From positions 52,162-116,161 of the forward strand of contig CAWCQX010000009.1 of NCBI GenBank assembly GCA_963797855.1: a DNA stretch of 64,000 nucleotides, written 5' to 3'. This DNA comes from an uncultured Chloroflexia bacterium (GTDB lineage: Bacteria > Chloroflexota > Limnocylindria > QHBO01). Each line of letters begins with the position of its first letter. Within the stretch, counting starts at the first letter, position 1. Of this stretch, positions 37,207-49,300 are shown in pieces. Below the pieces are notes generated by a model, which saw only the letters and a program-made list of their open reading frames with translations, had not been told where the DNA came from and made no database searches. A program made the position numbers and the translations under genes.

Positions 37207-37725
37207 TCAGTGGATGAGCTCGTCGTAGTCGCTGACGACCAGCGTGTTCCGGCAGCGGTCCGCCCGGTCCGGCACGCAGTCCTCGGCCGTCGGGTCGTCG
37301 AAGTGGCCGACGAAGACGAGCTCCTGACCGCGCAGGTTCGGGCCGCCGGGCTCGGCGCGCGAGGGAAACGGCCGGCCGATCGGAGCCGCGAGCCGGATCC
37401 CGTCGCGGATCAGCTCCTCCTGCGTCACGTCGAGCGTCGGCTGCTCGGGCATCAGCACGCGCAGCGGGCAGTCGCGCTGGAGCCATGCCACGGCCGGATC
37501 GGCGCCGCCGCTGTCACCGACGCAGTCACCGTCGAGCTCCGCGTACCAGCCCGAGACGTGGAGCTCATCGCTCCCCCACTGGTCGGCGCCCGCCGCGTGC
37601 CTCCTCGACGCTGAGCGGGTCGACCTCCGGCCGCGGCTCGCCGATGGAGCCCACGACGATCAACAGGGCCGTGACGGCACCGAGGGCGACCAGCAGCGCG
37701 ATGCCGATGCGCAGCTCGCGCGTCA
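37207..37725 (-). CDS. hypothetical membrane-anchored / secreted protein (one frameshift)
   Basis: N-terminal signal anchor (MTRELRIGIALLVALGAVTALLIVVG). C-terminal about 100 aa with Cys pairs. Two frames. Confidence 0.35.
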
Positions 37726-38283
37726 CGCCCCGAGCTCCGCCCACCGCTCCCGCAGGAGGCCGATCGCCCGGCGCCACAGCTCGACGCGCGACGGGTCGTT
37801 CAGCCAGGTGGAGGCGCCCGACGGATGCGGCAGCGCCAGGACCGATGCGGCCGGCGCGGCATCCCAGGTCAGCTCACGACCGACGAGGTCGTCGAGCCGC
37901 GCGTTCGGCCCGAACGCGAACCGATGCGCCGTGCCGCCGACGAGCAGGATCAGCCGCGGCTCGACGAGGCGCACCTCCTCGAGCAGGATCGGTCCCCATC
38001 GAGCGATCTCGGCGCGAGACGGCGGGCGGTCGACCGAGGAACCCGGAGCGCGGCCCGGATAGCACTTCGCGACGGACGTCACGTACCAGCGCTCGCGAAA
38101 GTCGTCCACGCCGATCCCGGCCGCGGACAGCCACCCGCTCAGCCGCTTGCCGGCGTCCCAGGCGAAGGGCACGCCGGTCTCGATCTCGCGCCAGCCGGGC
38201 GCCTGGCCGATGAGCATCGCCGCCTCGGATCCATCGCCGGAGAGGACCGGCGCGGCGTCATCGTCGCACCGCGGCATCGCGTC
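37723..38283 (-). CDS. uracil-DNA glycosylase superfamily protein (family 4/5-like)
   Basis: GQAPG-type motif A (MLIGQAPGWREIETGVPFAWDAGKRL) and motif B region (LALPHPSGAS). Start taken at MPRCDDD. Confidence 0.6.
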   Translation of the reverse strand, partial: DAMPRCDDDAAPVLSGDGSEAAMLIGQAPGWREIETGVPFAWDAGKRLSGWLSAAGIGVDDFRERWYVTSVAKCYPGRAPGSSVDRPPSRAEIARWGPILLEEVRLVEPRLILLVGGTAHRFAFGPNARLDDLVGRELTWDAAPAASVLALPHPSGASTWLNDPSRVELWRRAIGLLRERWAELGA

Positions 38284-38387
38284 CTGGAGCGCCCGAAGCT
38301 CGCTGTCCGGCGGAGCGCGCCGCGGCGTGGGAATCGGCCAGTCGCCGACGTGACGCAGCCGTTTCGGCTCCAGGGTCGCGAGGTCGA

Positions 38388-38993
38388 TCACGCGCTCGCG
38401 CGGAGGGCCTCGGCGGCCCGCAGGTCGTCGGCGATCGCCAGGCGAAGGATCCGCCGCACGCCGTCGTGGTACGGGCCCGCCGCCTCGAGCGCATCGGTCA
38501 GCGCGTCGCGCGCCGCGTAGAGCCGGTCGATCGGGTCGCTCGAGAGCTCCGGGGCGGCGTGGTCGAGCTCGCGGACGGAGGCGACGTCCTGGCGCTCGAT
38601 CGCGTCGAGCACCGCGGCCGCGGTCGACGGGTCCGCCTCGTCGAGGGCGGCCGCCAGCTCCTCGCGGGCGAGCTCGAGCCAGCGCAGCCACGTCGCGAAC
38701 TCGTCATCGGTGGGCGGCAGATCGTCGAGCGTGAAGGCCGCCCGGCGCTCCGCGGTCGCCGCCGCGCGCTCCACCTCGTACCAGTTGTCGCCGACGAACG
38801 ACGGGGCCGGCTCGCCGTTCTCCTTCAGCCACGCGGTGAAGCGGCTGACCCGCATCGGCATCGCGCCGGCGGCCTCGTCATCGGTGGCGGCGAAGACGGC
38901 GCAGCCCGGCAGCTCGGCCGCGTAGGCGCCGACCAGGCCGTGCCCGTCGACATCGGTCTCGATGAAGATGGCGTGCGGCATGGTGCCCGCCAT
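38388..38993 (-). CDS. hypothetical protein (201 aa)
   Basis: Intact ORF immediately downstream of uvrB. No confident family assignment. Confidence 0.45.
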   Translation of the reverse strand: MAGTMPHAIFIETDVDGHGLVGAYAAELPGCAVFAATDDEAAGAMPMRVSRFTAWLKENGEPAPSFVGDNWYEVERAAATAERRAAFTLDDLPPTDDEFATWLRWLELAREELAAALDEADPSTAAAVLDAIERQDVASVRELDHAAPELSSDPIDRLYAARDALTDALEAAGPYHDGVRRILRLAIADDLRAAEALRASA

Positions 38994-41138
38994 CTATGGG
39001 CGTCTCCGTCGGGGCGGGCGCCGGCGCGACCCGGCCGCGATGACGTTCGGGCGGGTCTGGACGCTGAACACCTGGGATGCCTCCGTGCCGCGGCCCTGGC
39101 GCTCTCCGTCCCCATCCACGGCGGCCGCGGCGTAGACGTCCGCGGGGATCGAGCCCGGAGCGGCGGCCAGCTCCTCGCGCAGGCGTCGCAGCTGGAGGAC
39201 CTCGTCGCGCAGTGCGGCCGCGCGCTCGAACTCGAGGTTGCGCGCCGCCTCCTTCATCTGGGCCTCGAGGCGGCCCATCATCGCCGCGATCTCCTCCGGC
39301 TCCTTGCCCTCGAGCTCGAGCTCGACGCGCGCCTCGGCGACGCGCCGCAGCCCTTCGTGGATGTCGCGGATCTCCTTCATGACCGTCTCCGGCGTGATGC
39401 CGCGCTCGAGGTTGTACGCGGTCTGCTTCTCGCGTCGCCGGTTCGTCTCGTCGATCGCCGCCTTCATCGAATCGGTCACGCGGTCGGCGTACATGACGAC
39501 GTGGCCGCCGATGTTGCGCGCCGCCCGCCCGATCACCTGGATCAGCGACCCGCCGCTGCGCAGGAACCCTTCCTTGTCCGCGTCGAGGATCGCGACGAGC
39601 GTCACCTCGGGCAGGTCGAGGCCCTCGCGCAGCAGGTTGATGCCGACGAGGACGTCGTAGACCCCGAGGCGAAGGTCGCGGAGGATCTCGACCCGCTCGA
39701 GCGTGTCGACCTCGGAGTGGAGCCACTGGACCTTGATCCCGAGCTCGGCCAGGTAGTCGGCGAGGTCCTCGGCCATCTTCTTCGTCAGGGTCGTGACGAG
39801 GGCGCGCTCGCCGCGCTCGACGGTCGCGCGGATCTCGGCCAGCAGGTCGTCGATCTGCCCGGCGGTCGGGCGAACCGCGATCGTCGGGTCGACGACGCCG
39901 GTCGGTCGGATGAACTGCTCGGCGACGTGCTCCGCGCGCTCGGTCTCGTACGGACCCGGCGTCGCGCTCATGTAGACGACCTGGCTCATGTGGTCCTCGA
40001 ACTCGTCGAACCTCAGCGGCCGGTTGTCGAGGGCCGATGGCAGCCGGAAGCCGAAGTCGACGAGGATCTCCTTGCGGGTCCGGTCGTTCTTGTACATCCC
40101 GTGGACCTGCGGGATCGTGATGTGGCTCTCGTCGACGACCAGCAGGAAGTCGGTCGGGAAGTAGTCGATCAGCGTCCAGGGCCGCTCGCCCTCCTCGCGG
40201 CCGGCGAGATGGCGCGAGTAGTTCTCGATGCCGGAGCAGTACCCGACCTCGCGCATCATCTCGAGGTCGAACTGCGTCCGCTGCTTCAGCCGCGCCGCCT
40301 CGAGGTCGCGGCCCTGGTCGTTCAGCCAGCGGACGCGCTCCCCCATCTCGTCCTCGATCTTGTCGATCGCGACGAGCAGCTTCTCCCGAGGCGTCACGTA
40401 GTGGGTCGCCGGGTAGAGGTTGACCTCGGTCCGCTCGGCGAGGACCTCGCCCGTCAGCTCGTCGATCTCGACGATCCGCTCGACCTCGTCGCCGAAGAAG
40501 TCGATCCGCACGACGTACTCGCCGTGCGGCGGCTGGACCTCGAGGACGTCGCCGCGGACCCGGAACTTCGCGCGGCCGAGCGCGGCGTCGTTGCGCTGGT
40601 ACTGGAGGTCGACGAGGTGGCGGAGGATCCCGTCGCGCCGGTAGTGCCCGCCGCGCTTGAGCTGGATCACGGTCGCGCCGTAGTCGACCGGTGCGCCGAG
40701 GCCGTAGATCGCGGAGACGCTCGCGACGATGACCACGTCCCGCCGCTCGAACAGCGCCCGCGTGGCGTTGTGCCGCAGCCGGTCGATCTCCTCGTTGCGG
40801 GACGAGTCCTTCTCGATGTACGTATCGGTCCGGGGCAGGTAGGCCTCCGGCTGGAAGTAGTCGTAGTAGCTGACGAAGTACTCGACCGCGTTCTCCGGGA
40901 AGAACTCCTTGAACTCCTGGTAGAGCTGCGCGGCGAGCGTCTTGTTGTGCGCCATGACCAGCGTCGGCTTCTGGACGGCCTCGATGACCTTGGCCGCGGT
41001 GAACGTCTTTCCCGTGCCCGTCGCGCCGAGCAGCACCTGGTGGCGAAGGCCGCGCTCGATGCCGTCGGTCAGCTCGGCGATCGCCGTCGGCTGGTCGCCG
41101 GTCGGCTCGTAGGGGGCGTTGACCTTCAGGTCGGGCAT
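38994..41138 (-). CDS. uvrB: excinuclease ABC subunit B
   Basis: Intact 714-aa ORF. Helicase motifs (GATGTGKTF; DESH), beta-hairpin region, UvrB/UvrC interaction domain at the C-terminus. Confidence 0.92.
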   Translation of the reverse strand: MPDLKVNAPYEPTGDQPTAIAELTDGIERGLRHQVLLGATGTGKTFTAAKVIEAVQKPTLVMAHNKTLAAQLYQEFKEFFPENAVEYFVSYYDYFQPEAYLPRTDTYIEKDSSRNEEIDRLRHNATRALFERRDVVIVASVSAIYGLGAPVDYGATVIQLKRGGHYRRDGILRHLVDLQYQRNDAALGRAKFRVRGDVLEVQPPHGEYVVRIDFFGDEVERIVEIDELTGEVLAERTEVNLYPATHYVTPREKLLVAIDKIEDEMGERVRWLNDQGRDLEAARLKQRTQFDLEMMREVGYCSGIENYSRHLAGREEGERPWTLIDYFPTDFLLVVDESHITIPQVHGMYKNDRTRKEILVDFGFRLPSALDNRPLRFDEFEDHMSQVVYMSATPGPYETERAEHVAEQFIRPTGVVDPTIAVRPTAGQIDDLLAEIRATVERGERALVTTLTKKMAEDLADYLAELGIKVQWLHSEVDTLERVEILRDLRLGVYDVLVGINLLREGLDLPEVTLVAILDADKEGFLRSGGSLIQVIGRAARNIGGHVVMYADRVTDSMKAAIDETNRRREKQTAYNLERGITPETVMKEIRDIHEGLRRVAEARVELELEGKEPEEIAAMMGRLEAQMKEAARNLEFERAAALRDEVLQLRRLREELAAAPGSIPADVYAAAAVDGDGERQGRGTEASQVFSVQTRPNVIAAGSRRRPPRRRRP

Positions 41139-41336
41139 GGGATGACGATTCTAGCCGTCGTCCATCCGTCCCACCCCAACCGCTCCCAACGGCCTATATC
41201 GGCGCCATCGGGCCGTCCATAGGATCGGTGCCGCTGCCTGTCCCGAACCTCGCTCGAGTGCCCGCAACCCCGATGGTCAATCCGATTCGACAGGTCTCTC
41301 GCCGATGGACGCTCGGCGAACGGCCCCCGCCGCGCC

Positions 41337-41888
41337 GTGGACGGCCAGGCGATGGTCGAGTTCGCCGCCGTCCTGCTGCCCATGCTCCTGATCGTGGTCG
41401 GCATCGTCCAGTTCGGGCTCCTGTTCGGCGCGAACGTGACCCTCACGAACGCGGCCCGCGAGGCGGCACGGGCGGCGACGATCACCCGGTTCGACGTCGC
41501 CTCCACGCGGGCGACGAACGACGTCACCCGCTGCACGGCCGCGCTCGACGCCGCCCTCCAGTCGTTCGGGATCCTGGCCGCCGGCTCGCCGCACTTCGTC
41601 GTGACCGATCCGTGCCCCGCCGGAACCGACCTGAACGGCGACGGCTACCACGACCGGTGGGTGAACGGCGACATGACCGTGACCCTGTGCTCCTCGATGG
41701 CGACGCCGACGAGCCCGTGCCCGACGACCGGCACGTACTGCGCGACCGACGACCCGGTCGGGTGCCTCGTCCAGGTCCGGCTGACGTACCGATCCGACAT
41801 CGTCGTGCCGTTCATGGGCGCGCTCCTGCCCCACGACGCGAACGGGCGCTTCGTCCAGCACGCGACGACGACGATGGTGGTCAACTGA
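41337..41888 (+). CDS. TadE-like pilus-assembly protein
   Basis: N-terminal TadE signature MVEFAAVLLPMLLIVVGIVQFGLLF. Intact. Stop overlaps start of next gene. Confidence 0.75.
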   Translation: MDGQAMVEFAAVLLPMLLIVVGIVQFGLLFGANVTLTNAAREAARAATITRFDVASTRATNDVTRCTAALDAALQSFGILAAGSPHFVVTDPCPAGTDLNGDGYHDRWVNGDMTVTLCSSMATPTSPCPTTGTYCATDDPVGCLVQVRLTYRSDIVVPFMGALLPHDANGRFVQHATTTMVVN

Positions 41889-43905
41889 TGCGCCGCGCCG
41901 CGCCGCGCGGGCAGATGCTCGTCATCTTCGCCGTCCTCCTCGTCGTGCTGCTCGGCATTCGCGGGCGTGGCGATCGACGTCGGGCGCGTCACGGCCGAGC
42001 GGCGGCACGCCCAGGCCGCGGCCGATGCCGGGGCCCTCGCCGCCTGCCGCGCGCTGATCGCCGGCGAGACCGATACGGCCGCCGCCACCGCGGCGCAGCA
42101 GGTGACGCTCACGAACCTCCAGAACTCGCCGGCCGGCGCGACCGCCACGATCGCCTCGCCGCCGACGCTACGAGGACCTCGACGGCAGCGGCGCGATCGA
42201 CGCGCGACGAGCTCGTCAGCGGGATCGTCGTCGCCGGCACGACGGTCCGCGTCGCCGTCGACTCGACGGTCGACACGATGCTCGCCCAGGTCGTCGGCAT
42301 CCACGACGCTCGACACCGGCGCCCGCGCGCGCTGCGACCTCCAGGGCGGCCCGGCCGTCCCGATCGTCGCCCGTCGCTACGCGAACCCGCCGGGCCCGGG
42401 GAGCGGCTTCGTCGACCACCTCGCCACGGCCGCGTCGAGCGGGTCGGGCGTCGTCGACACGATCGAACCCGCGCGGCTACGACGTCCGCACGCCGGCCAG
42501 CGAGGCGGCCCCTGGCCCGCAGTTCACGATCTACGGTCCGAACAGCAAGGCCCACAACGACTCGAGCTTCCGCGGCTTCGTCGCGCTCGACGTCCGGAAC
42601 TTCGAGAGCGCCGACAGCCGCGTCTACTACAACGGCGTCACGGCCGGCATGAACCCGAACACCCTCAAGGACAACGAGGGCGCCTACCTCGTCACCGGGT
42701 ATCCCGGGCCCGGCGTTCCCGCCGGTCGCGACGCCGCCGACCGGCGCCGACCCAGGTCGCGGTCCTCTCCGGCAACAGCACCTCGTTCGTCGCCGGCGCA
42801 GTTCGACGACACGTTCCGCGTCGGCGACCGCCTGATGCTCGCCGTCTACGACGGCACGGTGATGGAGATCCCCGACTTCACGATCAGCCCGCCGGTCGAG
42901 ATCGCGCTCCCGTCGACCACGGTGACTCCGTACGACGGCCCGACGACGACGATCTCGCGCAACGACGACTTCCACAGCACGGTCACGCTCTCGATGCGCG
43001 GCGACGCGCGGCGCGGCCGCGGTCGGGCCATCCGGAGTACGACATCCTCCCGGACCCGTCGGTCACGCCGCCCGCAGCCGGCGACATGACCGAGCCGATC
43101 TGGTCGACGAACGTCTTCGAGCCGGCGAAGAACGGCACGACCGTGCCGCCTCAACGACATGCAGACGAACGCGATCCCGCCGGGCATCTACACCGTCTGG
43201 ATCGAGGGCGAGTCGGGCAACCCGTACTACCAGCGCCGCCAGGTGCCGGTGCCGGTCCGGGTGCAGACCGACGGCAACAACGACGGCGACTACAACGACG
43301 CCGTCGACGTGAAGGTCACCCGCGACTTCAGCCTCGCACAACTCGGTCCTCGACGGCTCGACCGCGACCCTGGGCGGCACGATCACCCTGCCGCTGCGCG
43401 TCTCGACCGGCAACGGCACGACCAACTGGGGCAGCGGCCCGGCCGCCGAGACGAACGTCAGCCCTCAGCTGGGACACCGACTACGCTCACGACCTGCAGC
43501 CTCGCAGCCGCACGTCGCTCGGCATGGGCACGATCGGGTTCAGCTCGCCGTCCGTCACGCCGACGACCGGGACCGGGACCGCGGTGACGCTCACGATCAA
43601 CACCGCCGGCCTGACCCAGGGCTGCTACCTGTTCACGATCCGCGGCCACGGCGTCAACAGCAACGGCCAGCCGGTGACGCCACCTCGCGACCGTCCGCTT
43701 CACCGTGGCGACCACGTCGAGCAGCGGCCAGTACGTGGACATCATCGGCTTCGCCGTCTTCCAGATCGATGCCGTCGGCACGAACGACATCGTCGGTCAC
43801 GCCGTGACCGGCATCGCCGCCGACCCCAACGACCCGACCCTGCGACGCGCGCAGCGCGCCGCGCCTGGTCCCGTGGTCATGACCCAGCCCGCAGCCCGCT
43901 AGGAG
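41888..43905 (+). CDS. large TadG-like (putative Flp-pilus tip/assembly) secreted protein, multiply frameshifted
   Basis: N-terminus MRRAAPRGQMLVIFAVLLVVLLG plus AIDVGRVTAERRHAQAAADAGALAACRAL (TadG N-terminal motif). Remaining about 550 aa spread over all three frames with beta-rich Thr/Gly/Asn-rich repeats. Ends ...IAADPNDPTLRRAQRAAPGPVVMTQPAAR. Confidence 0.5.
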
Positions 43906-43914
43906 CGCAGTCCC

Positions 43915-44752
43915 GTGGAACTCGAATATTCGGACAAGAACAGCCGCAGATCGAAGGTCTACATCGCGGTCGGCCTCATCGTCGCCCTGGTCGTCGGGGC
44001 GACGGTCTTCGTGGCCCTCCAGGCGAGCGGCCTGACCGCCGACGGCGACGTCGAGATGCGTTCGGTCGTCGTCGCCGTCCGCGACATCCCCGCCCGCAAG
44101 GCGATCGAGGAGGGCGACGTCGCCGTCCGCGAGGTCGTCGCGGACCAGACGAACGAAACCGCCTTCGCGCGGCTCGACGAGGTGCTCGGGCGCGTCGCCG
44201 GCATCCCGGTCTCGACCGGGCAGCTCGTGACCCGCAACGTCCTCGCCTCGACGACCGAGGGCCAGGCGTTCTCGATCCTCGATCTCGGCGACGAGTTCGA
44301 CCCGAGCGGACCCGACTGGCGCGCGGTCAGCCTCACGGTCGTCGCCGCGAACGCGGTCGGCGGCACGCTCGTGCCGGGCCAGGTCGTCGACCTGATCGTC
44401 ACGATGCCGCTGAACCCCGAGGTCGGGCAGACCGAGGAGGGCGTCGCCGAGCAGGCGACGACCGTCGTGCCCGGGCCCGTCGACGAAGGTGACGCTCCAG
44501 TCGGTGACCGTCCTCGCGCGGGCCGGTGACGTCTACATCGTGCGCGCCGACCTCGCGACCGCGGAGAAGATCGCGGAGCTGCTCGCCGTCGGCGGCACGT
44601 TCACGATGGCCCTCCGTCCCGCGGAGGACGATCGGACGGCGGACACCGAGGGATCGACGATCGATCGCCTGGTCGAGGAGTTCGGCTTCCCGGTTCCCGC
44701 CCCGCTCGAGGTCGCGCCGTCGCAGTCGGCGGACGCCGACAGCGGAGGCTAG
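43915..44752 (+). CDS. cpaB: Flp pilus assembly protein CpaB/RcpC (one frameshift about 44490)
   Basis: N-terminal TM, SAF domain (RSVVVAVRDIPARKAIEEGDVAVREV), C-terminal beta domain (VTVLARAGDVYIVRADLATAEKIAELL). Confidence 0.7.
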
Positions 44753-45323
44753 CCGGAGGTCAGCGTCGCCAGGGCGCGCTCCACCTGGCGACGCGTCTCC
44801 TCCATCGGCGCCGAGCCGTCGATCACGACGTCGGCGGCGGCGACCTTCTCCTCCTGCGACGACTGGCTGTCGAGCCGGGCGCGCGCCGTCGCCTCGTCCA
44901 TGCCGCGCGACGCGGCCAGGCGGGAGATCGCATCGGCCTCGTCGCAGCGGACGACCCAGATCTCGTCGCAGCCGTCGGCCAGCGGCGACTCGAGAAGCTT
45001 GATGACCTCGACCGCGGCAACCTCGACGCCGCCCTGGGCGAGCTCGGCCAGGCGCGCCCGGATCGCGCCGCGCACGCGCGGGTGGAGGATCCGCTCGAGG
45101 TCTCGCAGCGCGTCGGGATCGGTGAAGACGACCTCGGCCAGCTCGGCGGCCTCGTAGGTCCCGAAGCGGCGCTGGATCTCGGCGCGCGCCTCCGCATCGT
45201 TGTGGCGGATCTCGCGCGCGACGGCGTCGGCGTCCACGGTCGCCGCCCCGAGGTCGCGCAGCATCCCGGCCACGGTGCTCTTTCCGCAGCCGATGTTGCC
45301 GGTCAGGCCGATCACCTTCATGG
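44749..45323 (-). CDS. coaE: dephospho-CoA kinase
   Basis: [21 protein letters not shown]... P-loop kinase. Appears fused to mutM in the ORF track only because of the upstream frameshift. Confidence 0.75.
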
Positions 45324-45329
45324 CCCGCC

Positions 45330-46233
45330 CGATCCTACCGGCTCCGGCTGGCAGTGCGGGCAGAAGTGGGTGCTGCGCTGGGCGACGACGATGCGCCGGA
45401 TCGGCCGTCCGCATCGGTAGCAGGGCTGGTCGGTGCGCTGGTAGACCATCAGCCGCTCCGCGTTCTCGCCCGGCTCGTCCATCGGTGCTCACGTAGTCGC
45501 TGAAGCTGCTGCCGCGGTTCGCGATCCCCTGCCGCAGGACCGTGCGGATGGACCGATGCAGCCGCCGCACCTCGGCCTCGTCGAGCGTGTCCGCCGCCCG
45601 CAGCGGGTGCAGCCGCGCCCGCCACAGCGCCTCGTCGGCATAGATGTTCCCGACGCCGGCGATGAAGGACTGGTCGAGGAGCAGCGTCTTCAGCTTCGCG
45701 CTCCGTCGCGCGAGCCGCTCCTTCAGCCGCTCGACCGTGAAGCCGCGGCTGAGCGGCTCGGGACCATGGCCGCTGAAGACCTCGCCGATCCGGTACCGGC
45801 GGCTCTCCTCCGCGACGCGCTTCGACCGCGCGCCGCGTCCGGCGCCGACGGTCCGAAGCCCGCCACCGGGCCACAGCCCGATCCGCCCGAACTTCCGCAC
45901 GTCGCGGTACCGCAGCTCGCGGCCGTCGGTGAGCGCGAAGGCGACCCGCACGTACGGATCCGGGGGCGTTCCCTCGGGCACGACGAGCAGCGCGCCGGTC
46001 ATCCGCAGCGCGACCGTCATCACGCGTCCGTCGTCGAGGTGGAGGAGGACCGTCTTCGCTCGCCGGTCCACGCGGCGGATCGTCGCGCCGGCGACCTCGG
46101 CGACGAATCGCTCGGGCGGCTGCGGATGGCGGATCGTGCGATCCCAGCTGACGGTCGCGTCGCGGACCGTCGCGCCGGCGACGACGCGCTGGAGGTCGCG
46201 CGCGACGGTCTCGACTTCGGGGAGCTCCGGCAT
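45330..46233 (-). CDS. mutM: formamidopyrimidine-DNA glycosylase (C-terminal zinc finger frameshifted)
   Basis: [14 protein letters not shown] (catalytic Pro2/Glu3), H2TH ([27 protein letters not shown]). The Cys4 zinc finger is out of frame. Confidence 0.75.
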
Positions 46234-46305
46234 GACCGAAGTGTGTCCGATTCACGCGGATCGGGTACATTGCCCGCCACAAACCCCGCCCGTACCCGAG
46301 CATCG

Positions 46306-49300
46306 ATGTCCTGTCCGAACTGTGGAACGGCCAATGACGGCCAGCCGAAAGTTCTGCTCGCACTGTGGCACCCGCCTGGCGTTGAGCTGCGCCGCGTGCG
46401 GCACGCCGGCCGCCGCCGGCGACCTGTTCTGCGGCGAATGCGGAGCCGCGCTCGCCGAGCCATCGGCCACGTCCACGTCGACCGATGCGGCGCCGGACGA
46501 CACGCCCCTCCGCGTGTCGGAGCGGCGGCTGGTCTCGGTCCTGTTCGCCGACCTCGTGGGCTTCACGAGCCTGTCCGAGACCCGCGATGCCGAGGACGTC
46601 CGCGAGCTGCTGACGCGCTACTTCGAGGTGGCGCGCGAGATCATCGAGCGATACGGCGGCGTCGTCGAGAAGTTCATCGGTGACGCCGTCATGGCGGCGT
46701 TCGGCACGCCGACCGCTCACGAGGATGATGCCGAGCGCGCCGTTCGCGCCGGACTCGAGCTGATCCTCGCGGTCCGCGAGCTGGGCACCCAGGTCGATTC
46801 GCCGGACCTCCAGCTGCGCGCCGGCGTCACGTCCGGCGAGGCCGCCGTGACGATCGGCGCGACCGGCCAGGGCATGGTCGCCGGCGACATGGTCAACACC
46901 GCCTCGCGACTCCAGTCCGCGGCGCCGCCCGGCAGCCTGCTCGTCGACGAGGGGACGATGCGCGCCGCGTCGGTGGCGATCACCTTCGAGCCGGCCGGCG
47001 AGAAGGTCCTCAAGGGGAAGGAGCTGCCGGTCAGCGCGTGGCGCGCGGATCGCGTCGTCGCCATGCGCGGCGGCGCGAACCGCAGCGAGGCGCTCGAGCC
47101 GCCGTTCGTCGGACGCGACGCCGAGATGCGGATCCTCAAGGAGCTGCTGCACGCGACCGCGCGCGAGCGCAGAGCGCGGCTGGTGTCGTTCGTCGGGGTG
47201 GCCGGGATCGGCAAGACCCGCCTTGGCTGGGAGTTCCACAAGTACATCGACGGCGTCGTCGAGGACATCTACTGGCACCAGGGACGCTCGCCCGCCTACG
47301 GCGAGGGCATCACGTTCTGGGCGCTCGGCGAGATGGTCAGGAAGCGGGCCGGGCTGGCCGAGTCCGACGACGCGGCGACGACGCGCGAGCGGATCGCGGC
47401 CACCGTCGCGGAGTACGTCCCGGATGCGGAGGAGCGACGCTGGATCGAGCCGCGCCTCCTCCAGCTGCTCGGCGTCGAGGAGGGCCGCGCCGGCGAGCGC
47501 GAGGAGCTGTTCGCGGCGTGGCGGACGTTCTTCGAGCGCGTCGCGGACCTGGGCCTGACGATCCTGCTCTTCGAGGACCTCCAATGGGCCGATCCGGGCC
47601 TTCTCGACTTCATCGACCACATGCTCGAGTGGAGCCGCGCCCATCCGATCCTCATCGTGACGCTGGCGCGGCCGGACCTGCTCGAGCGGCGGCCGGACTG
47701 GGGAGCCGGACGCCGCAACTCGGTCTCCCTCTCGCTCGAGCCGCTCAGTGACGAGGTGATGTCCGAGGGCCTCGATGGCCTCGTTCCCGGCCTGCCGGAT
47801 GCCGCCGTGCGGCTCATCCTCGAACGCGCCGACGGCGTGCCGCTCTACGCCGTCGAGACCGTCCGGATGCTGCTCCACGAGGGTCGACTCGCGGCCGAGG
47901 ATGGTGCCTACCGGCCGGTCGGCGACCTGTCCCATCTCGAGATCCCCGAGTCCCTCCAGGCGCTGATCGCCGCTCGCCTGGACAGCCTCGATCCGGCCGA
48001 CCGTGCGCTGGTCCAGGAGGCGGCCGTGCTCGGTCTCAGCTTCACGCTCACCGGCGCCGCCGCCGTGTCGGGGCAGGATCCGGAGACGCTCGAGGCCCGG
48101 CTTCGCGACCTCGTCCGACGCGAGTTCCTCGAGCTCAACGTGGACCCGCGGTCGCCGGAGCGCGGGCAGTACAGCTTCGTCCATCGGCTCATCCGAGAGG
48201 TCGCGTACGGGACCCTCTCGCGCCGGGACCGCCGAACGCGGCACCTGGCCGCGGCGCGCTACTTCGAGAGCCTCGACGACGACGAGATCGCCGGCGTCCT
48301 GGCGACCCACTACCTGGACGCGTACCGGGCCAGCCCCGAGGGCGACGAAGGCGCCGCGGTCGCAACCCAGGCGCGCATCGCACTCAGGGCCGCCGCCGAT
48401 CGTGCGGCCGCGCTCCACTCGCATGACCAGGCGCTCGCCTTCCTGGACCAGGCGCTCGAGGTCACGCCCGACGCGGCCGATCGCGTGGAGCTGCTGGACC
48501 GGGCCGGCATCGCGGCCCAGGCCGCCGGGCGCTACGAAGCCAGCCAGGCACATCTCCGCGAGGCGGTCGAGCTCGCGCGAGGCATCGGCGACCAGGCTGC
48601 CGCCGCGCGCGCAACGGCCAGGATCGGCGAGCTCCTGCTGCGCGGCGGGATGATCGACCAGGGCCTGGCCGAGATCCGAGAGGCGCTCGAGATCCTCGGC
48701 GACGTCGACTCGGATCCGGCCGTCGTCGAGCTCCGGGCGCGGCTGGCCCAGGGCTACATGCGCGCCGAAGAGAACGCGCTCGCGATCGAATGGGCGGATC
48801 GAGCCCTCGAGGGGGCGGAGCGACTCGACATGGTGCCGGTGATCGCCGAGGGCATGATCACGAAGGCCACCGCGATGGGGAGCATGGGCAGGATGCGCGA
48901 GTCCGAGGCCCTGCTGGCGGGCGCCCTCAGCTTCGCCGACGAGAACGACCTCGCGGCATCGCAGATGCGAGCGCACCTCAACCTCAGCAACTCGATGTGG
49001 ATCACCGATCCGCGCCGCGGCCTCGAGGTCGCCCGGGCAGGGATCGACATCGCGCGCCGCCTCGGCGATCGCCCCTGGTACGTCCTGCTGACGAACAACG
49101 CGATCGCCTGCGCCACTCGCACGGGCGACTGGGATTGGGCCCTCGAGCGCGAGGCCGAGCTGCGGGCGCTCGATCTCGAGCCGGAGGACCTCCTGAGCCT
49201 GACCGATACGCCGATCATTCGCGCCTGCCGCGGGATCGATGTGTCCTCGACCCTGGCGGAGCTCGACGAGCTCGCCCGCGCCGCTGTCCGACCCGTCGCA

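Noticed and set aside
44749-46233. 494-aa MutM-CoaE fusion protein
   Set aside because: The Fpg zinc finger is out of frame and the normal stop is lost. coaE has its own start ([11 protein letters not shown]) at about 45323. Two genes, not a fusion.
45449-48976. 1175-aa ORF on the minus strand
   Set aside because: Antisense shadow of the plus-strand cyclase/AAA/TPR gene in 70% GC DNA. Translation is Arg/Gly/Asp-rich low-complexity with no motifs. The plus strand carries clear cyclase and P-loop signatures.
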